Assembly (NCBI GenBank): GCA_027623015.1
Contig: JAQBVR010000003.1
Location: 2,197-66,196 of the forward strand
Origin: a bacterium
Lineage (GTDB): Bacteria; Patescibacteriota; Gracilibacteria; Peribacterales; Peribacteraceae
Length of the DNA stretch: 64,000 nucleotides
Direction of reading: 5' to 3'
Shown: piece by piece, positions 25,455 to 34,348 of the stretch
Layout of the letters: each line of letters begins with the position of its first letter
Numbering within the stretch: the first letter of the stretch is position 1
Notes under the pieces: generated by a model
Told to the model about the DNA's origin: nothing
The model's input: the letters and a program-made list of their open reading frames with translations, nothing else
Database searches by the model: none
Made by a program: the position numbers and the translations under genes

Positions 25455-26960
25455 ATGAGCTTATACGGTAAATACCGGCCCCAGATTTTTGCAGATGTTG
25501 TTGGACAAGATCACATTGTTACCACTTTAGAGCAGGCTGCAAGCCAAGATAAACTTGCTCATGCTTATTTATTTGCGGGAAGTAGAGGTACAGGAAAAAC
25601 ATCTGTAGCGAGGATTCTTGCTAAGATTATTATGGCTCGAGACATCGAAGACACTGTGCTCAAAAAACAGATCATTTCTGGCGTAGAAAATGGTAGCATC
25701 GTCGATCTACTTGAAATAGATGCAGCAAGTAATCGTAGTATAGATCATATCCGTGACATTGTGGAGAAGATCCAATTTTCTCCTATTGTGGCGAAGTCCA
25801 AGGTCTACATCATTGACGAAGTACATATGCTTACGAAAGAGGCATTTAATGCATTGCTCAAGACACTCGAAGAGCCACCACCGTATGCATATTTCATTTT
25901 AGCTACGACGGAGATAAACAAGATTCCTACGACTATCCAATCACGATGCCAGTGTTTTCCATTTCGTCGTATTCGTGAGGACGACATCATCCGTCGATTG
26001 CAGTACATATCAGACCAAGAGCATATTAGTATAGACCGTGAAGCTCTGCGTGCGGTAGCCAGCTATGTAGAAGGGGGAATGCGCGATGCTATCTCTTTGC
26101 TAGACCAGATGCGTACATTGGAAAAGATCACGACTAAAGATGTTGAGCAACGTATTGGTAGCACAGGACATGAGTATGTTGCGTCTGTTTTTACAGCTAT
26201 CGAGTCTCAAGATACGGCAGCCCTTCTCCAGACTGTGCGCAAGATCGAAGATGCAGGCGTGTCTATGGATGTATTTCTCCGTCAATTACTGACTATCATT
26301 CGAAAACAACTTCATGAAACTGTAGCTAACAAGAAGTCTACAAAAGACATCGTGTACATTCTCGACGTACTTCTGAAAGCTATTGTTGATGTGCGAATTG
26401 CACCAGTGCCTGGGCTGGTTCTCGAGACTGCATTACTCTCATTGTGTTTGCGTGGTGTTGGAAAAGATGTGTTGCCTCTTAAAGATCAAAAGGAAATAAG
26501 GGATCCAAAAGACCAAGAGGAAACTGTAACAGATGCAGATGAGGAACATATAAGATACAAGATGCAAGATACAAGACCTAAAGAAGAATGTATTGAATCA
26601 AAAGAGGTAGATATCAAAAGTGAATTGCCAATTATCGAAGCGCGCGAACTCAGTATGGATACATTGCAGGAAGCATGGGAAGACATCGTCAGAGACGTGA
26701 CTCCTGCATCTGTAAAGATGTCGCTCAAAAATGCGAAAATTCTTTCACTTGAAGATTCGAAAGTGACTATTGCATTTACATCAGCCTTTCATCGCGATAC
26801 GGTTGCAAAAGACAATGCGAGCATTCGCGTAGAAGAGGTAATGGAAAAACTCTTCAAACGTGCTCTGCGCATAGAGTGCGTTATTGATGCCGATGAAGGT
26901 TCCCTTGACGTAGCAGAAGAGAACGTCAGTCTCGCGGACGCAGCAGCAGAGGTTTTTTAG
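25455..26960 (+). CDS. dnaX: DNA polymerase III subunit gamma/tau
   Basis: YRPQIF, GSRGTGKTS, IIDEVHMLT, LKTLEEPP, SRCQCF. TGCTACACT lies 9 nt upstream of the ATG. Confidence 0.92.
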   Translation: MSLYGKYRPQIFADVVGQDHIVTTLEQAASQDKLAHAYLFAGSRGTGKTSVARILAKIIMARDIEDTVLKKQIISGVENGSIVDLLEIDAASNRSIDHIRDIVEKIQFSPIVAKSKVYIIDEVHMLTKEAFNALLKTLEEPPPYAYFILATTEINKIPTTIQSRCQCFPFRRIREDDIIRRLQYISDQEHISIDREALRAVASYVEGGMRDAISLLDQMRTLEKITTKDVEQRIGSTGHEYVASVFTAIESQDTAALLQTVRKIEDAGVSMDVFLRQLLTIIRKQLHETVANKKSTKDIVYILDVLLKAIVDVRIAPVPGLVLETALLSLCLRGVGKDVLPLKDQKEIRDPKDQEETVTDADEEHIRYKMQDTRPKEECIESKEVDIKSELPIIEARELSMDTLQEAWEDIVRDVTPASVKMSLKNAKILSLEDSKVTIAFTSAFHRDTVAKDNASIRVEEVMEKLFKRALRIECVIDADEGSLDVAEENVSLADAAAEVF

Positions 26961-27031
26961 AATCAAAAGGACTTAAAAGACCAAGAGGATCTAAAGAAAT
27001 TAATACATCTTCCTTTTAGTCCTATATGTCT

Positions 27032-27601
27032 TTAGTTAGAGAGTTGTGCGAAGCCCCAGAGGCGTTCGAGGTCGTTGTCCCATAATACAAGAGTGCGTAT
27101 ACCATCTTTCATCGGGACTTTGTAACTCTGCATGCCATACGGAGATTGTAGCACTCCTATATCTATAGCAGTGTCATCTGGGAATTCTACATCACGAGGA
27201 TCTACTACTGTCGTCATGTATATATGCAAGTTTGGCCCTGGAGTCGTTTCGAATATTGTATCAAAATACACTACATCATCGAGATAGATAATATCTCCTT
27301 TTGCAAATTCATTGATACCTATGGTTGATCCTTCCATACCATCTCGTTGTCGCTTTCGTGTGTCGCGTGCTTTTTCAAGCCATTTTGTTCTTGTCTTCTC
27401 TACGACAGCCGCTTTTGCTTCATCTTCAAGGAGTGGATCGTTTTGGATCTTGAGTTCTACGACTCTATCTACCATCTCTTCTGCGTAGCGCTCTGCGAAG
27501 AGGGGGTTCTTGAGTAGATCGTCTAGTTGGATGCTCGCAGCACTATTACTTTGTCCACAAGCAGTGAGGAGGATACTGGATAGAAGGATGAGTTTTTTCA
27601 T
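27032..27601 (-). CDS. Lipoprotein with DM13-like C-terminal domain
   Basis: MKKLILLSSILLTAC lipobox. The C-terminal FETTPGPNLHIYM...LQSPYGMQSYKVP...LVLWDNDLERLWGFAQL resembles DM13 from memory. TACAAT lies 7 nt upstream of the ATG. Confidence 0.6.
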   Translation of the reverse strand: MKKLILLSSILLTACGQSNSAASIQLDDLLKNPLFAERYAEEMVDRVVELKIQNDPLLEDEAKAAVVEKTRTKWLEKARDTRKRQRDGMEGSTIGINEFAKGDIIYLDDVVYFDTIFETTPGPNLHIYMTTVVDPRDVEFPDDTAIDIGVLQSPYGMQSYKVPMKDGIRTLVLWDNDLERLWGFAQLSN

Positions 27602-27864
27602 AGATTGGATTGTAGGGAAACTGGCTCTTGGAGCAAGGGGATTCTTGGCTTTTCTTTCTGTTTTGTTTCCCCTATCTCTAAACCTCTCCCTCACCAGCCG
27701 TCGCCTCTGGGCTATGGCTGGCAGGCGGGGAGAGGGGAATGTTTATGTTTTTTTAGTTTTAGCTCAACTGATCACTAATAATGGCTACGTAACAGCCTCT
27801 CCTTTCTCCACTTGGGAGAAAGGGATAGGCATTGAGGGAGAGAGCAAGCTGATTTATCCTCTTT

Positions 27865-29625
27865 TTAGTTAATCGAAGGTGGGGCTCCATTGAGTGAAAA
27901 TGCGTGCCCCATGCTGTACAGCTTCTCTATGCCACTTCTGAGTTTCCAGTTCACGTTATAGACAAGGTACTGCTGCTTGTCGTAGCTGATGTTGCGAAGC
28001 TTTACGGTTTCCCAATAGTTACGTTGTCTGTTCTCTCCACAACGGCCTAAGAATGACGCTCTAGCACCACCATCATTGGCATCCAGATGGATGAGAGTAG
28101 GAGCTTGTGTTTTTACGTACGGACGCATAGCACTATCTTTTTTGCCATCAGGTACTGCACTAAGGTTGATGTTTTCAAGGCCATTTTCCCAGTGACCATT
28201 TTCTACAATTTCTTCGGTCTCTTTAAAAGATGCTTGATAGAGTTCTTCGTCTTTACTTTTGTTGAGGTATCCATGCTCGTAGCACCAGATCAAATTATAG
28301 GTTTCACTGTAGAGCCCTTTGAATGTCTTTGGGCCCATGTAGAGGGCGTCTATATAGAGCTGACGTACGGAAGATGGCACTTCTGCGAGCATCTCTCTCA
28401 TCCCTTCTACGACTTCAAGAGCAGATTGGTTTGGATCGTCAGCTTTCTCTTCTGTAGCAAACTGATCAATGTAGTCTTGCATACTCGCAAGTTCATACTT
28501 GTCATCTCCCTCTGCAAGACGCCATGCTTGGGTTAGAGCTTTTTGAGCATTGTTCCATTGTTTTTGCGATATCTCCATACGGACATCAAGCATCAAGCCG
28601 TCTATAGGACGGTCTCCTTGTCCGTTCACGCTCATGCGTAATGCATATTTTGCTTCGCGTACATAACTTTCACGTTTGAAGTAATCCAGATCGAGGAACT
28701 CCTCAGCTTCGTATCGCTTAAAACCTTGTGGTACACCATGTTTATCCATTTGTTCCATCACACTGTTGTATTCCTTGCGCACACTTTTCCATTTTTCTAT
28801 ATACAGAGGCAGCTCTCCCTTGAGTATTCCTTCGATCTCCTTCGGTGTGCGTGTGTAGTTGCTAAACAAACTACTCAGCCACTTTCCAACTTTACGTTCA
28901 CTCATTGCTCCTTTGTTCACTGCACTGGAGATCATTCGATTTGCTTTCTCGTAAAGGGCTGGCATGAGTTTATGACTATCGAGTGCGGCACGAACTTGTA
29001 GTACAAGACTTTCGCGCTCCCCGAAGTGAAGCTCGAGGAATTTCTTATCGTCTTTAAATGTAGCAACATTCTTTACTTGTGTAGACGAAAGATTTTTACA
29101 GTCTGCGTGCTTGAGCATTTCTTTTCTTTTGGTAGCGATGACCTTCGCATTTTTGAGTCGTTCTTTGAGGTCTACGTCTACAAACTTTTCCTTGGATTCA
29201 AAAGAGATAGACGGACTTTGAAACCGCCTGATCCAACCATCTTTCGATCGTTCACTTATGGATCCTTCCGCTACTGCTGTTGCAAGCATAGACTGTAAAG
29301 TTACAGCAGCCTTTTCTACACTGGACTGCAATGTCTTCATGATTCCACGGGCAAACTGTTCCCACATCTTTATATCCTGTTTTGCTTTTTCTAGTTCTCT
29401 TGCATCGAGTTCATCGAAGTTGACCCCTCGTAGTTCCATGAGTGGTTCCATAAGGCTCGCACTTTCATGTTCCGATACACCTCCAAGCTCATAGAACGTA
29501 CGCTTGTTATATCGGATAACTTCTCCGATCACACTTTCACGTGTACGTTTAAGTTCAGTGATCTTTCCTAGCTGACTTGCATCAACTTCTTGGTCTTCCT
29601 GTACATTGGAGTTTACTGAAGGCAT
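27865..29625 (-). CDS. Large orphan cytoplasmic protein (~586 aa)
   Basis: Uninterrupted ORF. Start taken at the ATG 9 nt after TACAAT, with TTGCAG 16 nt upstream of that. The track GTG start is at 29652. Confidence 0.65.
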   Translation of the reverse strand: MPSVNSNVQEDQEVDASQLGKITELKRTRESVIGEVIRYNKRTFYELGGVSEHESASLMEPLMELRGVNFDELDARELEKAKQDIKMWEQFARGIMKTLQSSVEKAAVTLQSMLATAVAEGSISERSKDGWIRRFQSPSISFESKEKFVDVDLKERLKNAKVIATKRKEMLKHADCKNLSSTQVKNVATFKDDKKFLELHFGERESLVLQVRAALDSHKLMPALYEKANRMISSAVNKGAMSERKVGKWLSSLFSNYTRTPKEIEGILKGELPLYIEKWKSVRKEYNSVMEQMDKHGVPQGFKRYEAEEFLDLDYFKRESYVREAKYALRMSVNGQGDRPIDGLMLDVRMEISQKQWNNAQKALTQAWRLAEGDDKYELASMQDYIDQFATEEKADDPNQSALEVVEGMREMLAEVPSSVRQLYIDALYMGPKTFKGLYSETYNLIWCYEHGYLNKSKDEELYQASFKETEEIVENGHWENGLENINLSAVPDGKKDSAMRPYVKTQAPTLIHLDANDGGARASFLGRCGENRQRNYWETVKLRNISYDKQQYLVYNVNWKLRSGIEKLYSMGHAFSLNGAPPSIN

Positions 29626-29720
29626 CGGAATAGTATTGTAGACTTTGTTCACAGTACTGCAATTTTCTCCTAGCTCTTTTTGTGTTCTATGCTACGCTCC
29701 TTCTGACTTCTCCTCTTCCT

Positions 29721-30314
29721 ATGATCCTATCTGACAGAGACATCAAAAGGGCCATTGCTGATGGCCGAGTTACCATCACATCTGAGCAACCAGAGTTGTT
29801 TGAACATATTCATGCATCGAGTATGGACTTGCGTCTAGGTAATACATTTAAGCTCTATGAGCACAGCAAGTTTGCCATCCTCGACCCGAAGCAGCCTGAG
29901 TCTTTCGCAACAGATATGCGCACTGTTACTGTCGCAGATGGAGATCCATTTATCGTTCAACCAGGGGAGTTTGTTCTCGGTGTTACACAGGAAACCATCT
30001 CCGTACCAGACGACCTTGTTGTTCGTGTCGAAGGGCGTAGTTCCCTTGGGCGCCTTGGAATCATCGTGCACTCAACAGCTGGGTTTGTAGACCCAGGATT
30101 CTGTGGAACTATCACACTAGAGATTAGTAACCTCAACCGTCTTCCAGTTGCTCTTTATCCAGGAATGCGTGTTTGCCAGATTGCGTTTGAGGAGATGAGT
30201 AGTCCTGCGGAGCAGCCGTACCACAGCAAGCCACACAGCAAGTATCAGAATCAGGTTCTTCCAGAAGAGAGTCGGCTGTCTATAGACCCGGAGTTTGTGA
30301 ATCTAAAGGCGTAA
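29721..30314 (+). CDS. dcd: dCTP deaminase
   Basis: MILSDRDI, SSMDLRLG, RVEGRSSLGRLGI, DPGFCGTITLE. Confidence 0.9.
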   Translation: MILSDRDIKRAIADGRVTITSEQPELFEHIHASSMDLRLGNTFKLYEHSKFAILDPKQPESFATDMRTVTVADGDPFIVQPGEFVLGVTQETISVPDDLVVRVEGRSSLGRLGIIVHSTAGFVDPGFCGTITLEISNLNRLPVALYPGMRVCQIAFEEMSSPAEQPYHSKPHSKYQNQVLPEESRLSIDPEFVNLKA

Positions 30315-30375
30315 TGCATTTGTGAAAGTTTTTTGAAGATAAGATTTCTCCAGTTTTATATATAGTGAGGCGGGG

Positions 30376-30450
30376 CACCCCTCCCTCTTGTCGGCCATAG
30401 CTTGCCGCAGCAAGCGACGGCTGATCAGGGAGGGGATTAAGGGGAGGGTG
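30376..30450. repeat. GGCCATAGC-core palindromic element copy
   Basis: CACCCCTCCCTCTTGTCGGCCATAGCTTGCCGCAGCAAGCGACGGCTGATCAGGGAGGGG...GGGGAGGGTG. Confidence 0.7.
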
Positions 30451-30475
30451 TAGAAAACATTTCTTACCAAACTAC

Positions 30476-30658
30476 ATTCCACCTTTTTTCCGCCCTTCGA
30501 CGCACTCAGGATAAACTTCAAAAGGTGGAGCCATGGTTCGTCGGGCTCACCATGACATTCTTGGTCTTGTTATATTGCCTGTCACAAGTCAACACAAGTC
30601 ATCCTAAGCCTGACGAAGCACCTTCGCTCAAACAAGGGCGGTTGGCAAAGAGTATTAG
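30476..30658 (+). repeat. Dispersed ~200-230-nt intergenic repeat, copy 3
   Basis: Shares TTCGTCGGGCTCA..., CCTTCGCTCAAACAAGGGC and GGCAAAGAG-ATTAG with the copies at 51872, 60700 and 36822 (rc). Confidence 0.65.
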
Positions 30659-30668
30659 ATAGCTAGGT

Positions 30669-31676
30669 TTAGAGTGGCATATTGATTGTATGTAGGAGTT
30701 TTTGGTATTTCTTCCGTTCAACGCCTGGATCATGATGTTCCTTCATATACTGTAGAGCATTTTGTGAAAGTGATTCCTGTAGTGTTGTATTGCTGATGAG
30801 TTTTTCTGCCTGCTCTCGCCATTGTTCTGGTGCGTCAAACACAAGTCCAGTGATCTCGTGCTCTACTATCGCAATGTTCCCAGGTATTGCCCGAGCCATT
30901 ACCGGTGTGCCTAGTGCCATAGCTTCAAGTATTGTATTGCAACACCCTTCACTTTTTGAGGTATTGAGAACTATAGACGCGTCTTGCATCGCAGCGTGAA
31001 GGTCTTCTTGGGCGATGACATCTAGAAGATGAATACATTGTGAGGCATTTGCTATGGATTGTACTTTTTCTGCATAGAGTGGATCTCGTTTTACGCCGAT
31101 GATAACCAAGTTGATGTGTGCATCTTCATCGCGCCATTTTTGTACTTCTTCTATAAGGTAGAGCGGATCTTTTACGTCTCGTAGCCCAGCTGGGAGGAGG
31201 AAGAGGATGTCAGTTGTCTCCAGTGATAGTGCTTGTCGTAGTGAAAATGACGAAGGTTGTACAGCAACACCTTGTTCGATGATGCTGAGCTTATTTGTAA
31301 TGTTTGGCCAGAGTGTTTTAGCTTTTGCTTCTACCGCTTCGCTATAGGCGATGCACTGTTGTGCGCTTTGCACAACATGTGTCATGACATGGAGCTTCTC
31401 TGCATCTTTGGGTAGTTCATTGATGTCCGTCCCTCCGAAGATGATGACGTAGGGGATCTGCGTATGGAGCAGGTGTTTTCCAGATCCATAGGCGTGGAAT
31501 CCTATAATCAGATCGCTATGTGCATTTTCTAGATCATGCATCACTTCCTCAGTAGATTCCCGTAGGCAGATGTACCGAATCGTATGGCCAGCAGCTTCTA
31601 GATGCCTGCCTACGCGCCTAGCAGACGTCGTATTGCCTGTGCCGGACTCACATATGGATAGAATGGCGATAGTCAT
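30669..31676 (-). CDS. Glycosyltransferase family 1 (GT4-like)
   Basis: SEGCCNTILEAMALGTPVMARAIPGNIAIVEHEITGLVF (E-x7-E region). ATG start 7 nt after TAAACT; the track TTG start is at 31694. Confidence 0.75.
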   Translation of the reverse strand: MTIAILSICESGTGNTTSARRVGRHLEAAGHTIRYICLRESTEEVMHDLENAHSDLIIGFHAYGSGKHLLHTQIPYVIIFGGTDINELPKDAEKLHVMTHVVQSAQQCIAYSEAVEAKAKTLWPNITNKLSIIEQGVAVQPSSFSLRQALSLETTDILFLLPAGLRDVKDPLYLIEEVQKWRDEDAHINLVIIGVKRDPLYAEKVQSIANASQCIHLLDVIAQEDLHAAMQDASIVLNTSKSEGCCNTILEAMALGTPVMARAIPGNIAIVEHEITGLVFDAPEQWREQAEKLISNTTLQESLSQNALQYMKEHHDPGVERKKYQKLLHTINMPL

Positions 31677-31856
31677 TGGGTCGAGTTTAGTCAAATAAAC
31701 GGCTATTTGTAAGGAAATCTGCCCTCTTAGGGGGTTGCTTCTTTAGTGGAAAAATGGTAAAAAATCTCCTTCGTTCTGTGATTTATTGCAGTCTGAAGCG
31801 GTCTTTCACATTACGGAAAACTTTTTCGTCAACAAACTTCATTTGAAAGGTGTAGA

Positions 31857-33302
31857 ATGGAAAGTTCATCAGTTGAGAAAAAGGGGACCGCACTGTTGCT
31901 CGAGGCTGTTTTACAGTCATGGGCTGCATGGGCGTTTCTCTGGATCTACGTCGGACTGAACGTAATTTGGAGTAGTGGTGTCACTGAGCATCAAATGTAT
32001 TGGCTTGGAGGCCTTGCACTCGGTGCGATTCTTTTGGCCATGAATGGATTGGCCAGGACGGAACTTTGGTGGACGTCGCGATCCCCCAAATGGTTCCGAG
32101 AGCATCCTCTCGCGCGGCTTTTGCACTCTGTGCACAACGAGGGCGAACTGGCAGGCATCTTTGTCTCGTCAGTCGTACTCGTGTTTCAGCTCGGACGTGG
32201 TCTTCACGTTCACCTTGCACTTGTCGAAGCTTTCACATTGTTTGGCATCATGTCGGCCGCGAACTTGGCCGTGCATCAGATGATGCCGATAATGGCTGCA
32301 GTTGAGAAAGCATTTGGGGTGTGGGGCGCGATATGCGTCGGTTCTTTTTTGAGTTCACTCACAGGAGAGCCGGCAGCGGCGATTTTCCTGTCAGAGTACT
32401 TCAAATCTAGAATTCCGGAAAAGGACCGGAAGCGTTTTGCAACAGGACTTGGAGCAACGATAGGCAGTGGCGGAGGACTTATGCCGTTCTCCGCGCCACC
32501 CATTCTCATCATTTGGGCGATTCTTCAGTCGGTCTTCGGCTGGACTCTCCCAGATCTGTGGATGTTTGTGGGTGGTGGGTGCTTGCTCCACGTGGGCATT
32601 ACGGCATGGAGGATGCGTCATATGGTCGGGAAGATCCAGCCTATGAGCAAGCCGAAACAAAAGGCTGCTTCGTGGCAGGTGTTCTGGCCGCTGTACGTTC
32701 TAACTACCGTGGTGGGACTCAATGTTTCGTACGAGTACCATCATCTCACTGCGTTGACATGGATAACCGATGGAGCGGTTGGCATCTGGGCACTGGTTAG
32801 GGCGATTCGTGATCCCTCGATTACAGAGACTGAGGGGCATGAGCAAGAGGGGCACGGTCGCCATTGGCAGCCGTTAACTCTTGGACTGTTGTTGATGGGC
32901 CTGGAGATTGTGGGAGTTGAAGCAGAAAAACTGCTACTGTTCCTGACAAGCTTTATCCCCGAAACGCTCCCTGTCTTCGTGATAGCAATGATGCTGTGGT
33001 ACGCCACCGCATTTACTAGTCACTTTGCTGACAACGCTCTGGCCAGCAGAATTTTCATCACGGTCGCAGCTGCCTTGACTACCTCTCTCGGTGGTCACGG
33101 AGACTTGCTGGCATTGTCAGTAGTGCTTGGTGCACTGTTTGGTGGGTTTCTCTTGATACCCGCCAACCTACCCAACTTTGCCATCGCGGCAGAGTTTCGG
33201 ATGAATGCCGGCGATTGGGCTGGCACTGCATACCGCTGGTATCCCACGTGTATCGCACACGTCGTTTGGATTGGTGCGATGTACTACCTGTTAATCCCGT
33301 AA
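31857..33302 (+). CDS. Polytopic membrane protein, ion-transporter-like (family not resolved)
   Basis: At least 10 hydrophobic segments. The gene is GC-rich relative to the window. Confidence 0.55.
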   Translation: MESSSVEKKGTALLLEAVLQSWAAWAFLWIYVGLNVIWSSGVTEHQMYWLGGLALGAILLAMNGLARTELWWTSRSPKWFREHPLARLLHSVHNEGELAGIFVSSVVLVFQLGRGLHVHLALVEAFTLFGIMSAANLAVHQMMPIMAAVEKAFGVWGAICVGSFLSSLTGEPAAAIFLSEYFKSRIPEKDRKRFATGLGATIGSGGGLMPFSAPPILIIWAILQSVFGWTLPDLWMFVGGGCLLHVGITAWRMRHMVGKIQPMSKPKQKAASWQVFWPLYVLTTVVGLNVSYEYHHLTALTWITDGAVGIWALVRAIRDPSITETEGHEQEGHGRHWQPLTLGLLLMGLEIVGVEAEKLLLFLTSFIPETLPVFVIAMMLWYATAFTSHFADNALASRIFITVAAALTTSLGGHGDLLALSVVLGALFGGFLLIPANLPNFAIAAEFRMNAGDWAGTAYRWYPTCIAHVVWIGAMYYLLIP

Positions 33303-33320
33303 TCTCGAAAGGCAACTGTC

Positions 33321-33350
33321 GCGATCTCCTCCCGGAGATCGCGGCTTTTG
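33321..33350 (+). terminator. Rho-independent terminator
   Basis: GCGATCTCC-TCCC-GGAGATCGC followed by GGCTTTTG. Confidence 0.75.
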
Positions 33351-33355
33351 ATATT

Positions 33356-34063
33356 ATGCAGATATATTCCCCCAAAAGGGGCTTTTTGCCTTACACTATC
33401 GCCATGCCTTTCTCTCCCCGCCGTATCCTCTTCGAGGACGATCATCTCCTGGTCGTCGATAAGCTCAGTAAAGAGTTGGTTGTAAGGGGTAAGGGGAACG
33501 TACATAAGCTTCCTCTACTAGACCTTCTCAAAGAGGATTACCCAGGGCTTCGTGCAGTGCACCGTCTCGACTTCGAGACATCTGGAGCTTTGGTGTTTGC
33601 CAAGTCGAAGGAGGCTCTCGATGCCATACTCAAGAGTGACTTTGCTGGATGGAAGAAGATCTACACGACTCTCGTGATGGGGAGGATGCATAAAGATATT
33701 GGTGTCATCTCGCAGAAGCTTTCTGCTCGTGCAAAAGACGTTCTCGTTCCTGCTATAACGCACTACCGCGTACTCGAACGGTTTGCAAACTCAAGTCTCA
33801 TAGAAGCCAAGATAGAAACAGGGAGGCACCATCAGATCCGTAGACACCTTGCAACTCTTCACCATCCACTCGTGTGTGACGACGAGTATGGTCACCGAAA
33901 GTTCAACAAGGTATTCACGCAGGAGTTTGGTTACAAGATATTCTTTCTTCATGCATCGATGATTGAGTTCCCACATCCTATTAGTGGAGAGAAGGTACAC
34001 ATAGAATCCCCCTTACCAAAGACATTTGCTGGTATCGTGAAGAAGTTGAAAAGCTTGTGTTAG
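33356..34063 (+). CDS. RluA-family pseudouridine synthase
   Basis: HRLDFETSGALVFAKS, GRHHQIRRHLA. The start could be 33356 or 33404; the track start 33215 overlaps the upstream gene and its terminator. Confidence 0.85.
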   Translation: MQIYSPKRGFLPYTIAMPFSPRRILFEDDHLLVVDKLSKELVVRGKGNVHKLPLLDLLKEDYPGLRAVHRLDFETSGALVFAKSKEALDAILKSDFAGWKKIYTTLVMGRMHKDIGVISQKLSARAKDVLVPAITHYRVLERFANSSLIEAKIETGRHHQIRRHLATLHHPLVCDDEYGHRKFNKVFTQEFGYKIFFLHASMIEFPHPISGEKVHIESPLPKTFAGIVKKLKSLC

Positions 34064-34110
34064 TGTGGTTCGTCGGTCCTTCGTCGGGCTCAGGATGACA
34101 TCACCATGAC

Positions 34111-34205
34111 ATTGTATATACAATGTATCACCGTCGCACATGTGCGACGTGATGTATGACGGTGTATTACATTTTATATACAGCGTATTACATCTTATAT
34201 ACACG
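34111..34205. repeat. Cluster of palindromes and direct repeats
   Basis: ATTGTATATACAAT (34111-34124), GTCGCACATGTGCGAC (34133-34148), and GTATTACAT(T/C)TTATATACA(G/C) twice. Confidence 0.8.
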
Positions 34206-34348
34206 ATATGGGATCCAAGGGTGCAAAGGTGTCTTGTAATAATCTTTTGTACCCTTTGTACCCCTTGTGCACCTTAGACATGAACTAAACTGATAATTAT
34301 TCTCTAAATCCAGTATGGAATTTTGTTCTCAGTCGTTACAATGCATAC

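Noticed and set aside
25660-25675. dnaX programmed frameshift site (run CTCAAAAAACAG).
   Set aside because: The A6 run lies about 70 codons into the gene, far upstream of where a gamma/tau split would make sense, and no downstream stem-loop or in-frame stop arrangement is evident.
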